From IMG/VR virus record IMGVR_UViG_3300006201_000010, positions 1 to 64,000 of that record: DNA of 64,000 nt. One strand, written 5' to 3'. This stretch comes from a virus (taxonomy: Duplodnaviria > Caudoviricetes). Below, one piece after another: positions 10,601 to 20,047 of the stretch. Both the position numbers and the translations under genes were made by a program. Position 1 is the first letter of the stretch, and every line of letters begins with the position of its first letter. The notes below the pieces were generated by a model. That model was not told the DNA's origin. It ran no database searches and was given only the letters and a program-made list of their open reading frames with translations.

Positions 10601-12445
10601 GGTTAATATGTCTTGTGCGCCGTTTAAAAACTCTTGCCATTGTGCATTAAGGGAATTCAACTTTGCGGTGTATGTGTCGAGATAATCTTCGTTCTGCAAC
10701 ATTGAATAGCCGTCTGAGCCATCCATATTCGAGAGCGACGCTTTAACTTCTTCCATATTCCCTAAAAGGGCTATGAAGTAGTTTTTACGGAATGTGTTTG
10801 CTGTTGTGTAAACGCCAGCGAGGTCGTCGTAGATTTCTTCCAAGTCACCCGCGAGAGCGTCTTTAAGTGCAGAGCCGTCCTCTGTATCAAAGTAGGCATC
10901 GAGCTTATCCGCCTGCTCAACTGTCAAGTGTTGTATTTCGTCGGAAACCGCATACCAAACGTCAAGTATGCTTGCGGCACCTTTCTTGTACTCAGCAACA
11001 ACGTCCGCAACATTATCAGATAATGACGCAAATACATTTAGTGCGCTGGATTTGCTTGAATACTGAATTAACGAGTTGAGCGCAGTACCAAGGTTTTCAC
11101 CGCTACGCCCAGTCGCCGCAGACAAAGCGGTAATTAAAGCGATTGATTCCTCTAACGTTAGATTTGCATTCGCCGCAGATGAACCCATACGTTGTAAGGC
11201 AGTTAAAAGTTTGTCAGTTGTAACAGCAGCATTATCCTGAGTAATATTTAGTTTATCAATAACGCTTTCGAGTTCGCTTGCTTCAATTTTATACTGCGTT
11301 AAAATTGCAATAAGACCCGCGCTTGCGTTAGTTGCATCCAATTCAGCCGTATTAAGACCGAGCAGAGCCGCTTCTGTGGCTTTTATCGTATCTTCCCAAG
11401 AAAGACCTGTACGCGCAAAATCAAGGGCGATAGCCTGTACATTTTCAAATGTCTGTCCATAATCTTGTGCCAAGCCATAAAGCGCACTTGATATTTCCTC
11501 GTCGGCAAGACCGGGCATTACACGCTGGAATGCAATAACTGTATCTTCAGTTTTTACAAGAGTTTCATTGAGCGTGGAAATAGCACCCGTTATTGCCTGT
11601 AAGGGCTTCATAACGAGCGTTGCTGATAATTGCCATACTAAGAATTTTTTAATAAGGGAAGTTATACTGTCGCCGCTCTTGTTTACTGCGGCAGTATTTC
11701 TCTCTACCGTCGTTGTCTGCTGTTCAGTTTCAACGCGAGTTGTAGCAACGCTTGTAGATAAATTATTGTAGCCGTTCGCAAGCTCGCGTATTTTAAGCAA
11801 CATTGCTTCGTTCGCGGTTGCGCCGTTCTTTAACTTACTGTTATAATTTTCCAGCGTTGTAAGTGCACTCTGCGTTTCAGTTTTAAGACTGTCAAACGTC
11901 CCAGCGGGGTACTGCTTTTCAAGCGACTTGATAGTTGAAAGCAAGTCAGCATATTTCTTCTGTAAGCCGTTTACTTGCGACTGTAATGTCGTAGCAGACT
12001 TAGTGTTATTATCTTGCGCCTTTTTAAGACGTTCTTGTGCTGACTGTAAGTTGACAGCTGTTATCTGTGTTTGCTTTTGGGACTTTGTAAGACGCTCTTG
12101 GGCGATAGCCAGATTTACGGACGCGGTTTGAGTAAGTATCTTTGCTTTCGCTAACCTTTCCTCTGCCGTTTGAAGATTTACAGTCGTTATCTGCGTTTTA
12201 ATTTGCGCCTGAGTAAGTCTTTCGTTCTCTATGGCTTGCTTAGCAGTCTTCCCGGCAAGTCTGTCCGACTGGTCCGCCAAAGTCTTAAATTTCGCAGTAA
12301 GAGCTTCTATATCGGAAGTAAGTTTATTATTTATTGTAACAGTAGATAAAGACTGGGCAATATCTCTAATCTTGCCTTCTAATTCACCAAGCCCCTGTTC
12401 GGCTTTCTTTTTTTGTATATCTACTGAAAGAATAATTTTTGCCAT
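7655..12445 (-). CDS. Tail tape measure protein
   Basis: 1596 aa, Ala/Leu-rich coiled coil, TP901-family-like core (FARTG...ALLGLNTAELD), TM-like segments. Confidence 0.92.
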   Translation of the reverse strand: MAKIILSVDIQKKKAEQGLGELEGKIRDIAQSLSTVTINNKLTSDIEALTAKFKTLADQSDRLAGKTAKQAIENERLTQAQIKTQITTVNLQTAEERLAKAKILTQTASVNLAIAQERLTKSQKQTQITAVNLQSAQERLKKAQDNNTKSATTLQSQVNGLQKKYADLLSTIKSLEKQYPAGTFDSLKTETQSALTTLENYNSKLKNGATANEAMLLKIRELANGYNNLSTSVATTRVETEQQTTTVERNTAAVNKSGDSITSLIKKFLVWQLSATLVMKPLQAITGAISTLNETLVKTEDTVIAFQRVMPGLADEEISSALYGLAQDYGQTFENVQAIALDFARTGLSWEDTIKATEAALLGLNTAELDATNASAGLIAILTQYKIEASELESVIDKLNITQDNAAVTTDKLLTALQRMGSSAANANLTLEESIALITALSAATGRSGENLGTALNSLIQYSSKSSALNVFASLSDNVADVVAEYKKGAASILDVWYAVSDEIQHLTVEQADKLDAYFDTEDGSALKDALAGDLEEIYDDLAGVYTTANTFRKNYFIALLGNMEEVKASLSNMDGSDGYSMLQNEDYLDTYTAKLNSLNAQWQEFLNGAQDILTIKKLFVDAASGLLTFADALDKAHLLLPVVTVAAFTLGAALRHKAMSEAAARVNAYSSALIKNKTATISDATAIAKLTSKQKQQVVQDIAAAAASGKVTGAQAKQIITEAGLSNALTKLSAKKRAKLQATIQEAVASGTLTAAQGAEIMTSLGLTTANTGLAASFKAVAASIKSLLASVPIIGWILLAVTAVIEIIQAIIACCNDNADAAREEIKATTEEAVQAIETINDAVEALNEANEALQDNIASLEMYADVLGDTSASEEERTDALNNLIKLSNELRESYGVENDYLTSLRVGYDDLTSSVNQYTESVRTAAALKAQSDYEDAQKQLEDAKEYLGNAIDNTMGNGDKNEMKDLKDSFDYAGIKGYDKFVNDDTIQIGYSQENLDLLRDWQDKLSNALEVEAAKNGKSSSKYKELHKAWSGVRDVANDMESTLKDIEDIEGSTLDLFAKAQVLNNETLSSLYYGAMGTSAEAGDSYDQLKKIIQETTEYTDEQKNAIIAFINEGLSGYIGKYKAHVEEWANDISKVTSLYGDLIDKLKALRDAEKSSNEWEEKKLSVLEAQKEVLEAQQALENAKNEATVRRFNTATGQWEWQTDEKKIAEAEDKIESAEASLLKAQQNLQEAAYNKIIELLESGQTTNDEVIGILNEVAPYLLLNTDYAGEMAGFAGEMAGFAGGLNGVAGSISGVADSILGVAFDIRTYTGELPSFFTDIVGAIKEVTKVDVTQPIKTEPGDYTPIPSITQTTPSLNQPQQKSDVDIAKDKIVVLKGAEGRGINKSKVGDNGNVKWAGVDYNVENAGEINNEILKQAVEALGLGDRAIFGYNGEIYGNLDGGIVKLRALDGWGSFWNDTKNTNFEALKKTVTSVYGTFDSGGIAGGAGYMAKPTSRPETVNDPDLTSMILSPRRNAEWDKYVNNMGIMFEKAHKYSQSPMAQSNFGNTNNSVDNSGQVIVNGMTVSQDAKTMTVADLFSLAKIIPNK
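8571..8618 (-). repeat. 21-bp tandem repeat in the tape measure gene (YAGEMAG FAGEMAG FAG)
   Basis: GCTGGTGAAATGGCAGGTTT occurs twice, 21 nt apart, plus a partial third copy. Confidence 0.85.
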
Positions 12446-12471
12446 AAACTAACTCTCTTAATTGCTAAAAT

Positions 12472-12549
12472 AAAAGGCTATGAATACCACACCACTGCAG
12501 TACTCATAGCCCCTTTTGGCTCTTGCCGTTGCCCACTTGCAACGGCGAT
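12472..12549 (-). ncRNA. Recurrent structured RNA element, copy B
   Basis: 12485-12549 is a 65-bp exact repeat of 25816-25880; two hairpins followed by a U-tract. Confidence 0.65.
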
Positions 12550-12590
12550 ATGGTTACGACTAAATTATGTAGTCGATTGTATTCAAAAAA

Positions 12591-13130
12591 TTAAAATGAA
12601 GTTTCGTTACCGTCTGCTGTAATTTGCCCGGTCTGAATAACGTTCAAATCTTTATCAGCGTTATTCATACCACCAACGAATGATATTTCAGCTTGCTTGC
12701 CCTGTATCATATCGGTAACAAAATTGTCCCAGAAAGGGCGGGGCGGTATCTTCCGCTTGCCGACATACCACTGATACCCTTTACCAAGTTCAATTACTCG
12801 TATAAGGTCGTCGTTGTCGATTTCTTCGTCATAAAGTGAGTGCTCACCAGTCGGCACATAACCGAATATAAGCGTGTTATCAACTACCGTTGCGCCGATA
12901 TTCTCGTCCGAGTTGAGCGGCGTACCGTATGAAGGGTTCTCGCTTCTTCTTAAATATACTTTGGGGTCATACATTGCATAAACGTCTAATTCGATATGTT
13001 GTTTTAAAGCCGCTGTCATATCGGAAGAAACGGCGTTTAAGCCTGCGCTTACTGCCTTACCTATTCTCGGCGTTAAAACTTCAAAATCGTTTGTTATGCT
13101 CTCTATGCCCAATATAGTAAAGTCCAACAT
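12591..13130 (-). CDS. Tail completion/HK97 gp10-like protein
   Basis: VY..Y.PK.Y.R and C-terminal PRPFW motifs; tail module position. Confidence 0.55.
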   Translation of the reverse strand: MLDFTILGIESITNDFEVLTPRIGKAVSAGLNAVSSDMTAALKQHIELDVYAMYDPKVYLRRSENPSYGTPLNSDENIGATVVDNTLIFGYVPTGEHSLYDEEIDNDDLIRVIELGKGYQWYVGKRKIPPRPFWDNFVTDMIQGKQAEISFVGGMNNADKDLNVIQTGQITADGNETSF

Positions 13131-13145
13131 AATTGCACCTGCTGA

Positions 13146-13895
13146 TTATGCGGGGCGTTGTTGAATTCGCCATGCACTTCTATCTGTAAAAAACAGTTCA
13201 AACCTTTCACAGAATGGTTGACCTTGCGTTACTCGAATTATTTCACGCACGGTAACTTCTTTGTCTGTGCGGTGTAAACTTTCAAGGAATGATTCCGAGC
13301 CTTTTCTGCACGCGCTTGTTATCGTCCTATACATAACAATAACTTCGCTCATTTTGACGGTAGAATCGAGCGTATAATCGCCGTACAATTCTTCCGCTTT
13401 GTCGCGGTTCTTTTTATACATAACGTCAAGTATTCCGCTTTTAATGCTTGAGCAAACGGAAAAATACTGTCCGTCAACTACCACATTTTTATCTTTATTC
13501 GTGCCGACATATATTGTATAGCCGAGCTTTTCGGTTACTCTCTTGAATTCTATCAAGCGTCGACTACAGCAGATAAACCTATCAAATATTACTTGTCGTT
13601 CGTATATACGCACTCTGCGCGGTTTTCCGTTCTTCTCACCCATTAAGGTTGAGCAAAAGAAATCACCCTTTACCACTAAACTTTTTGGAATATCACTTAT
13701 CTGTGTTTCGTTAATATCGAGAAAGTCTTCTACTATAAGATTTTCGGGAAGTTTCTTTACCTTACTTCCCCTTAAACTTAAAAAGCCGTGTACAATCAGG
13801 TTGTCGGGCAGATACTCGATTTCGCTTTCAGTCAAATCAAGGCTACCGCCGTCTTTTTCCATTAACTCATATATCGTATCAATAGAATTCACCAT
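13146..13895 (-). CDS. Accessory protein with N-terminal LRR-like repeats
   Basis: Three ~20-aa repeats (L.L....I..LP.NL.V.G.L); own RBS; GC hairpin upstream at about 13920-13948. Confidence 0.6.
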   Translation of the reverse strand: MVNSIDTIYELMEKDGGSLDLTESEIEYLPDNLIVHGFLSLRGSKVKKLPENLIVEDFLDINETQISDIPKSLVVKGDFFCSTLMGEKNGKPRRVRIYERQVIFDRFICCSRRLIEFKRVTEKLGYTIYVGTNKDKNVVVDGQYFSVCSSIKSGILDVMYKKNRDKAEELYGDYTLDSTVKMSEVIVMYRTITSACRKGSESFLESLHRTDKEVTVREIIRVTQGQPFCERFELFFTDRSAWRIQQRPA

Positions 13896-13977
13896 TTTGC
13901 CACGCTTATTTTATCCTATGCCCCCGACCAAACGCATTCAGCCGGGGGAAGGATAATTATTTTTTTTCTTAGACTAC

Positions 13978-15111
13978 TTAGGCAGCCTGAACTACGACCT
14001 TGCAAACCGCCGAAACGGACTCGTTTGCCGAAAGGGTAATGTTCATTTCGGTTTCGCCTGCGGTTACGCCCGTAACTACGCCGTCTTCGTCAACCTTAGC
14101 AATCTCCGTTGCGGGTGCGGGTTCTTCCTCACCGTCTTCACTCGCCGCCGATATTGCTTGCTTAATCGCAAATACAAGGTCGGAATAGTCGGGGGTAACG
14201 ATGGAATTGTCGGGCATTACATAGTAAACGGGGGTCTGAACTTTGCCGCCTACCTTTACTACCACCTTACCGCGCATAACTATAAGGTCTTTGACTGCCT
14301 GCGTTGTGTCGCCGCAAGGTACATAAACCATATAGCCGAATACGCTCTGGTCTTTTGCGCATTCCGAGCATTCCGTGTCGGTTTCGTCGTAAGCCAACGC
14401 CGAGAAACTCCACGTCGTGTTTGCGTTTGTGGTCTGCGAACCGTCAACGCCTGCGTCGCCGTCAATGAACTGCGCACGAGGAATGAATGCGTACAAGTAA
14501 CCCGCAAGCGAGCTGTTCTTGTCCGAATTGCCCTGCGCCTGATATACAGCCATCTTGACCATAACGCGCGCTACGACGGGCGAGAATGTCGTAGGAATGG
14601 AAAGTTCCTGAGCACTTGCAACTTCAACGTAGTAAAGTACGCAATAGGTCTTGCCTTCTTCTGCAACAAAGCCCTGAATTTCTCTCGATTTGGGGCCAAC
14701 GCCGTAGTTCTTGCCGTCGTTGCCGACATAGCACGAATAATACTCGTTGTCAACGCTTTCACCGTAAGCCGAAACGGGCTTTCTCGAAACGACAAGTTTA
14801 GAGTCTTTCGCTACGATATTCTCTCTGAAAGGAACCGTACCGTTATATCTGAGCGTGCCACCCGTTGCAAGCTGTCTTGCTTCAAGCGAGAAGTCTGCCG
14901 CCGTAACTTCGCCCTTAAATGCGGACGAATCGGGAATGTTGATAACTACGGGCGCGCCGATACCTGCACGGATTTCGCCTGCGTTACACGAAGTGCTTAA
15001 CTTGGACGAGTCAATCTTGTTGGTGTAACCTATCAAATCGCCCGTCTTAACGTCGTGTGCCCACATATCTGCGGTGCCCTTAACATACAATGACGAATTG
15101 TTTAATTTCAT
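13978..15111 (-). CDS. Major tail protein with C-terminal Ig-like (Big_2) domain
   Basis: IAKVDEDGVVTGVTAGETEM.ITL Big_2 signature; position in the tail module. Confidence 0.75.
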   Translation of the reverse strand: MKLNNSSLYVKGTADMWAHDVKTGDLIGYTNKIDSSKLSTSCNAGEIRAGIGAPVVINIPDSSAFKGEVTAADFSLEARQLATGGTLRYNGTVPFRENIVAKDSKLVVSRKPVSAYGESVDNEYYSCYVGNDGKNYGVGPKSREIQGFVAEEGKTYCVLYYVEVASAQELSIPTTFSPVVARVMVKMAVYQAQGNSDKNSSLAGYLYAFIPRAQFIDGDAGVDGSQTTNANTTWSFSALAYDETDTECSECAKDQSVFGYMVYVPCGDTTQAVKDLIVMRGKVVVKVGGKVQTPVYYVMPDNSIVTPDYSDLVFAIKQAISAASEDGEEEPAPATEIAKVDEDGVVTGVTAGETEMNITLSANESVSAVCKVVVQAA

Positions 15112-15148
15112 ATTTTATCTGCTCCTTATAATTTTTGGTTTCGTCTTT

Positions 15149-16000
15149 TTAATTACCGTCTTTGCCGACGATTTTATCCAAATCGCCTAAGCCAGAAAGT
15201 TTTCCACGCATTTCGCCGAAAGAAATAAGTGCCGCCGATCCGTTCTCGTTTCTATCGAAACACCACGACGGGAAAGGATTGCCTTTACTGAATTTAACCA
15301 TTCCGCTTAATTCCGCTTGTCCGAACATATCAAATCGTTTTCCGCGCTCTATTGCTTGTCTTCTTCGCTCAAACTGTAATACTGTCCATTCGTTCAAGTC
15401 TTTCTCTTGCAGAAGGCTTTGGTAGGCTACCGATGCAATCATAGTGTCTGTGTCGATTTTTAATTCGCTCGCACCTTTGGCTGCTAAGTCTTCTTCGGCT
15501 CTTACGAGGTCGGGGTTGTCGCTTTCGTCTGGAAGTTCAATCCCGTTTTGTGTTGCCAGCATAGGTCGAATATCAATATCGAAATCGTCTGGCGTAATTT
15601 CGACGGTGTTTCCGTCTTGTGTAACAACTACTTTGTCAAGAATTCTTTTGTTGCCAGTTTCGGTGTAGATTGTTTTGAGAGCGTCTTCTCTTTTGTATTT
15701 GAGCCGCAATGATAAATACAAAAATCTGATTATTCTCTCAAAGAAACCTATCGAACTTCCCGTCGCAAATAAGCTATCGTAGTCGATAGCCCACATTGCG
15801 GTAAGAAACGGCATACTCAAATACTCAAACGATAAGTTAGATAAACTCGTCATTCGGATTGCCAGCGCATTCCTTACGTCCAAAAATTCTTCGTAGTGTT
15901 CCATTTTTATGGGGTAGAATTTGAGCTTTTTCCAAGTCAGGGGTTCACCCTTTCTTATGCTTGCTCGCATTTCCCATGACATTGCTGTTTCATTGCCCAT
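15149..16000 (-). CDS. Tail-module protein (possible assembly chaperone)
   Basis: 283 aa ORF just upstream of the major tail gene, resembling SPbeta-like tail-region proteins. Confidence 0.5.
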   Translation of the reverse strand: MGNETAMSWEMRASIRKGEPLTWKKLKFYPIKMEHYEEFLDVRNALAIRMTSLSNLSFEYLSMPFLTAMWAIDYDSLFATGSSIGFFERIIRFLYLSLRLKYKREDALKTIYTETGNKRILDKVVVTQDGNTVEITPDDFDIDIRPMLATQNGIELPDESDNPDLVRAEEDLAAKGASELKIDTDTMIASVAYQSLLQEKDLNEWTVLQFERRRQAIERGKRFDMFGQAELSGMVKFSKGNPFPSWCFDRNENGSAALISFGEMRGKLSGLGDLDKIVGKDGN

Positions 16001-16045
16001 TATTTGTTCTCCTGCAATTATTTTGCAATGCTATATATCAACGCG

Positions 16046-16261
16046 CTAACCGCGCGATTGACGCAGTGTACAACTCTTTGCATACTCAGAGTTGATTGTT
16101 TCACCCTTCGTCGGGCAGTACCTTTGTAAAGGGCACATATACTCATTTACAAGCGTATCAGGGTCGGCGGTGTTAATGTCAACCCCTTCGTCCACCATTT
16201 TCTTACAAATGAATGGCTTTCTTCTGTCCTTTTTTACTCGTACCGCATTCGGGCATAACAT
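16046..16261 (-). CDS. Small Cys-rich hypothetical protein
   Basis: 71 aa, five Cys, RBS AGGAA. Confidence 0.55.
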   Translation of the reverse strand: MLCPNAVRVKKDRRKPFICKKMVDEGVDINTADPDTLVNEYMCPLQRYCPTKGETINSEYAKSCTLRQSRG

Positions 16262-16283
16262 AGTCTATTTTTTCCTTTTAATT

Positions 16284-17603
16284 TTAAAGTCCTTCGAGTA
16301 TCAACTCAAAAGATATGAATTGTCCCTCGCATTCTGCTGTTACTTTCAAGGGCGTATTGTCTGCGCCGATGCAGTAAATCGTTAATGCGTTATCGTCAAT
16401 AGTCGCTTTGTAGTTCTTCTTATTTGCACCAGAGAACGACCAAGAAACTACTTTATCTGTCTGCTGTGCATTCTCGAAGTATGCAGCAGTAACTGTAATG
16501 CTTTCATACTGCTCTACCGCCGACGGCACAACGCTCATAAACGCCACATACGGTTTAAAGTTGGTTTCCTTGACAACCAACTCGGCTGTCGCCGATATTG
16601 CCGTATTTTGCGCCATTCTCGCGGTAATTTGAACGTTTCCGACCCCTTTACCTAAAACAACACCGTCCGCGTCGACTTCGGCAATATCTGTGTCCGAACT
16701 TTCCCACAGCCAAGTAACCGGGTATTCGTCCGTAGGCTCTACCGCCTTATCGTCTTTAATGAATACGGCGGCAAGTTTAGTGGTTGAGTTTTGGTTCAAT
16801 TCGCTTTCGCCGATTATGTCAGCTTTAAAGGACCTTAACTTTCCGCCAGCAATTCGATTTTCAATATCGTCATTTTCTGTCGGCTCTTGAATGCGCAGAG
16901 AGAAGTTTAAGACGTGTGAACTGTCGTAATCGCCAGTAAATTCTTGTATGAAGTCTGTAAAGCCAGTTACCTTAAAGGCTTTGCTACCGAGAATTATTAT
17001 GCGGTCCGTATTCAGTTCGCGCTTAGTAACTTCGTTAAGCTGGCACATTGCATTGAAATAGCCATTGAGAAGTACTTGGTCGCTCGGCGCAACGTTATCG
17101 TTGCCTTGCATAGCCACTTTATCTATTACTAACGGCTCAGTCTTTATATTGCCGTAATAATCGTAGTAGTTAAATGAAGAATTGCAACGTCTGATTATTG
17201 CCGTAGCTTGCGCGCCCGAAATGTTTGACGGGTTAGCACATATCCAGATATTGCCCATTGTTTCAACCTTTGCGCCTATCGGGAAGTACTCAATCTCTTT
17301 ATCTTCAAATAGAACCGTTTTGTAATCATCTATTTGCGTTGTTACGCTTGAGTTTGAGCGAACGTCTGGTAAACGTATATAGGTTGTTGTCCATTCGTAG
17401 AAGTCTTCCAGTAAGCCCTGTACCTGCGCCTCTACGAAGTCGCTTGAATATTTTGCGCGCGCTTCGGTAAATTGCTGTGTACGAATAGCGAGATACTGCC
17501 CTTGTCTATCAACATATTTTTTAGGCACATTAGTCTTGCCTTGCGGTATTCCACCGCCTTGCAATATTGCGCCCTGTATGTATTTTTCGCTATCGTTTGC
17601 CAT
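16284..17603 (-). CDS. Head-closure/neck protein with Ig-like domains
   Basis: C-terminal WESSDTDIAEVDADGVVLGKGVGNVQITA Big_2 motif; neck module position. Confidence 0.6.
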   Translation of the reverse strand: MANDSEKYIQGAILQGGGIPQGKTNVPKKYVDRQGQYLAIRTQQFTEARAKYSSDFVEAQVQGLLEDFYEWTTTYIRLPDVRSNSSVTTQIDDYKTVLFEDKEIEYFPIGAKVETMGNIWICANPSNISGAQATAIIRRCNSSFNYYDYYGNIKTEPLVIDKVAMQGNDNVAPSDQVLLNGYFNAMCQLNEVTKRELNTDRIIILGSKAFKVTGFTDFIQEFTGDYDSSHVLNFSLRIQEPTENDDIENRIAGGKLRSFKADIIGESELNQNSTTKLAAVFIKDDKAVEPTDEYPVTWLWESSDTDIAEVDADGVVLGKGVGNVQITARMAQNTAISATAELVVKETNFKPYVAFMSVVPSAVEQYESITVTAAYFENAQQTDKVVSWSFSGANKKNYKATIDDNALTIYCIGADNTPLKVTAECEGQFISFELILEGL

Positions 17604-17626
17604 AAGGTACCTCCACGCTTTGCTGT

Positions 17627-18334
17627 TTAACCGAATTGACCATTTCCAAGGCGCGGACCGTTATTCTTTATGGGTTCATTTTGCGTATTGCTCTTTACTT
17701 CCAAACCGAGAGTAACTCTGCGCCCGAAATTGCTCTTACCGTCGCCCAAAAGTAGGGTTCCGCAATCGGGGTGTTTTTGGCGGTTGAAATAGAATGTACC
17801 GACACCGCCCATATCTATTCCGTGGAAAGCCTCTATAATGGCTTGTTCCATAGCGAATAGTCTTGAATACGATTCGTTAAGTTTTGTGTTAGCTTCTTGC
17901 GTGTTATGTGTCCATATATCGAACGTTACTGCCAGCTGGACGTGTAAATCGTCAGATGCTATCGTTCTGCCCATATACACATAAATGCGCGTTTGAGCCA
18001 CCTGCTCAACGCCCGGCGCAAAAGGCTGGGGAATAAGTCTGTATCCCTTCTTATCGTCCGCAGGTTCATCAGGCTTATCGGGGTTAAACAGTACTTGCTT
18101 TTTCTGCTGTGGGGTAGGTAAAGGGTTGTCTATCGGACGCGCACCGTCGTAATAAAGATATTTCCACAGGCGCACCCTTGCGCGCTTGTTATCGTCCTTG
18201 GGTTCGTATGTACCGTCGGGCATATCTAAAAGGTAGTCCATTACTCTGCGGGGTATCTCGTCCGTATCGGACAAGTCGTAAAACCCGCCGTAAATTTTAT
18301 CGTATGGATACCATTGCGATTCAATCGTTGCCAT
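17627..18334 (-). CDS. Neck/tail-terminator-like protein
   Basis: Position; VTFDIWTH motif. Confidence 0.5.
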   Translation of the reverse strand: MATIESQWYPYDKIYGGFYDLSDTDEIPRRVMDYLLDMPDGTYEPKDDNKRARVRLWKYLYYDGARPIDNPLPTPQQKKQVLFNPDKPDEPADDKKGYRLIPQPFAPGVEQVAQTRIYVYMGRTIASDDLHVQLAVTFDIWTHNTQEANTKLNESYSRLFAMEQAIIEAFHGIDMGGVGTFYFNRQKHPDCGTLLLGDGKSNFGRRVTLGLEVKSNTQNEPIKNNGPRLGNGQFG

Positions 18335-18339
18335 ATCTC

Positions 18340-18567
18340 TTAACCCTTTCTATATAAATGAACTTTGCCAGTCCACAGATAGACGAATATGTGCTCGAAT
18401 AACCAGCCCGCAATATCACCGCATACAAGTGAAATTTCGCCGTCGTCCTTAACCTTTACTTTAAAGCAAGGCAGCACAACCCAGCCAACGCAATCCGCGT
18501 CAATGTCTTTAGTTATTTCGTCGTCCACCTTTGGTCCGTCAAAAAGCTCGTCAATTTCGTTGTTCAT
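18340..18567 (-). CDS. Hypothetical protein
   Basis: 75 aa ORF coupled to neighbours. Confidence 0.55.
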   Translation of the reverse strand: MNNEIDELFDGPKVDDEITKDIDADCVGWVVLPCFKVKVKDDGEISLVCGDIAGWLFEHIFVYLWTGKVHLYRKG

Positions 18568-18569
18568 AT

Positions 18570-19208
18570 TTATGATTTCTTCTCGCTCACAAATTTCTTC
18601 GTTTCCGCGTTACTTGCTTGCGTTTCAAGTTTGCCTGCGGCAACTTGAAGTTTCGCTATGTCAGCACCGCGCTGTTGAAGTTGCTCGGTTGCTTGCTTTA
18701 AGCTCGAAGTCAACGCTTTAAGGTTATCGGGGGTAGAAAGCAAATTCACGCCCGCAAGGAAACGTTCAAGCGCATCGTTCCTTGTCGCTTTAAGGTTAAA
18801 GATTTTTATGTCAAGCAATTTCTTTAATTCCTTGTAATCGGCAAGCAAATCGAAAATAATATGTTTAACTTCGGTATTGCCCTTAAACCGTTCGAGTTGG
18901 TTCATAGGGTGTACCTTGGCGTATTCGTCGTAATCTCTTGTGCTGAAATTATCGGGAACTTCAACACGCAAATAATGTCTTAAAAACAACTGCATGAGAA
19001 AGAGTTGTTTCTTTTGGGGGTTTTCTTCCCAAAGTTGCGGAAGGGTTATAACTTCGTCGCTTTGAATTTTCTGCGCCGAAATCTCGACAGGTTCCAACAC
19101 GGATTCGGCAACTGCCTCTGCGAACGCCATTTTATCTTCAAGCGGAATGTACGTCGCCGCGCCCTTAATAAGTTCTTCCGTTATTTCAAATTTCTTTTTT
19201 TGTGCCAT
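18570..19208 (-). CDS. Hypothetical protein
   Basis: 212 aa ORF with RBS GGAG. Confidence 0.65.
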   Translation of the reverse strand: MAQKKKFEITEELIKGAATYIPLEDKMAFAEAVAESVLEPVEISAQKIQSDEVITLPQLWEENPQKKQLFLMQLFLRHYLRVEVPDNFSTRDYDEYAKVHPMNQLERFKGNTEVKHIIFDLLADYKELKKLLDIKIFNLKATRNDALERFLAGVNLLSTPDNLKALTSSLKQATEQLQQRGADIAKLQVAAGKLETQASNAETKKFVSEKKS

Positions 19209-19251
19209 AATGGGTATCTCCTTTCCAGTTCCGAATTATGTTTTTTAAAAT

Positions 19252-19980
19252 TTATATTAACCCCGATGACGGGAGTATTTTTCTGATTGCAAGGTTTCTT
19301 TCCAAAGCTCTCATTGCGCTGTTGAGGTCGCTTTTGTACCGGGCAAGACGTTCAGTATCCGTCTTTTCCTTGTTCGCCCTGTTCTGCTCGCTGAATGACC
19401 TATCTTCCACTTTTGAAACATTTGAAAGCCAGTCATTGTTAAAGCGCGTCTGCCATACAACTTGGAAACAAAGCCCAAGTATTCGCATTATTTCAACGGA
19501 AAGGTCTTCTTTAAAGTAACCGTCCGTGTAGAAGTCCATATTGAATACGGTACCTTTGGGTATCGGGTTTTCTGCACTGGCCGTAAAAGTAATTATGCCG
19601 TTTTCGCTATCGTATTTTACAAGATCCATCGGCGTTAGAATTACACGTTCGCGCTTATCGATGGTTTCTATTTTACAACTGAAAAGTTCGTAGCCTGCGC
19701 CGTTCTCTAATGCAACGTTTGTTTCTTCCGTAATGTCTTCTTCGAGTATATATTTTGTGCTGCCGTATATCGGCTCAATAAGTTTCGGTGAATCGGGTGT
19801 ACCCATTAAATAGGGTATCATTCCGCTTGGTGTAGTAAAGTTAGGAATAGCGGCTTGCAGATATGACCACATACGGCGAGCATAAAGCGGCATATTCTCT
19901 CTTGCTAAAGCGTCGAGATTTATGTCGTCGATAAGAATACTGCAGTATTGAGTTATAACTTTTAAAATGGGTGTCGCCAT
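19252..19980 (-). CDS. Head-tail adaptor-like protein
   Basis: Position after the capsid genes; C-terminal FS...+AN.......motif like SPbeta-type adaptors. Confidence 0.5.
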   Translation of the reverse strand: MATPILKVITQYCSILIDDINLDALARENMPLYARRMWSYLQAAIPNFTTPSGMIPYLMGTPDSPKLIEPIYGSTKYILEEDITEETNVALENGAGYELFSCKIETIDKRERVILTPMDLVKYDSENGIITFTASAENPIPKGTVFNMDFYTDGYFKEDLSVEIMRILGLCFQVVWQTRFNNDWLSNVSKVEDRSFSEQNRANKEKTDTERLARYKSDLNSAMRALERNLAIRKILPSSGLI

Positions 19981-20047
19981 AATTATTTCCCTTTATATTG
20001 GGTTGTTTCGGGTGGGGCATTGCGCCCCACCTTTAACAACGCTTTAG

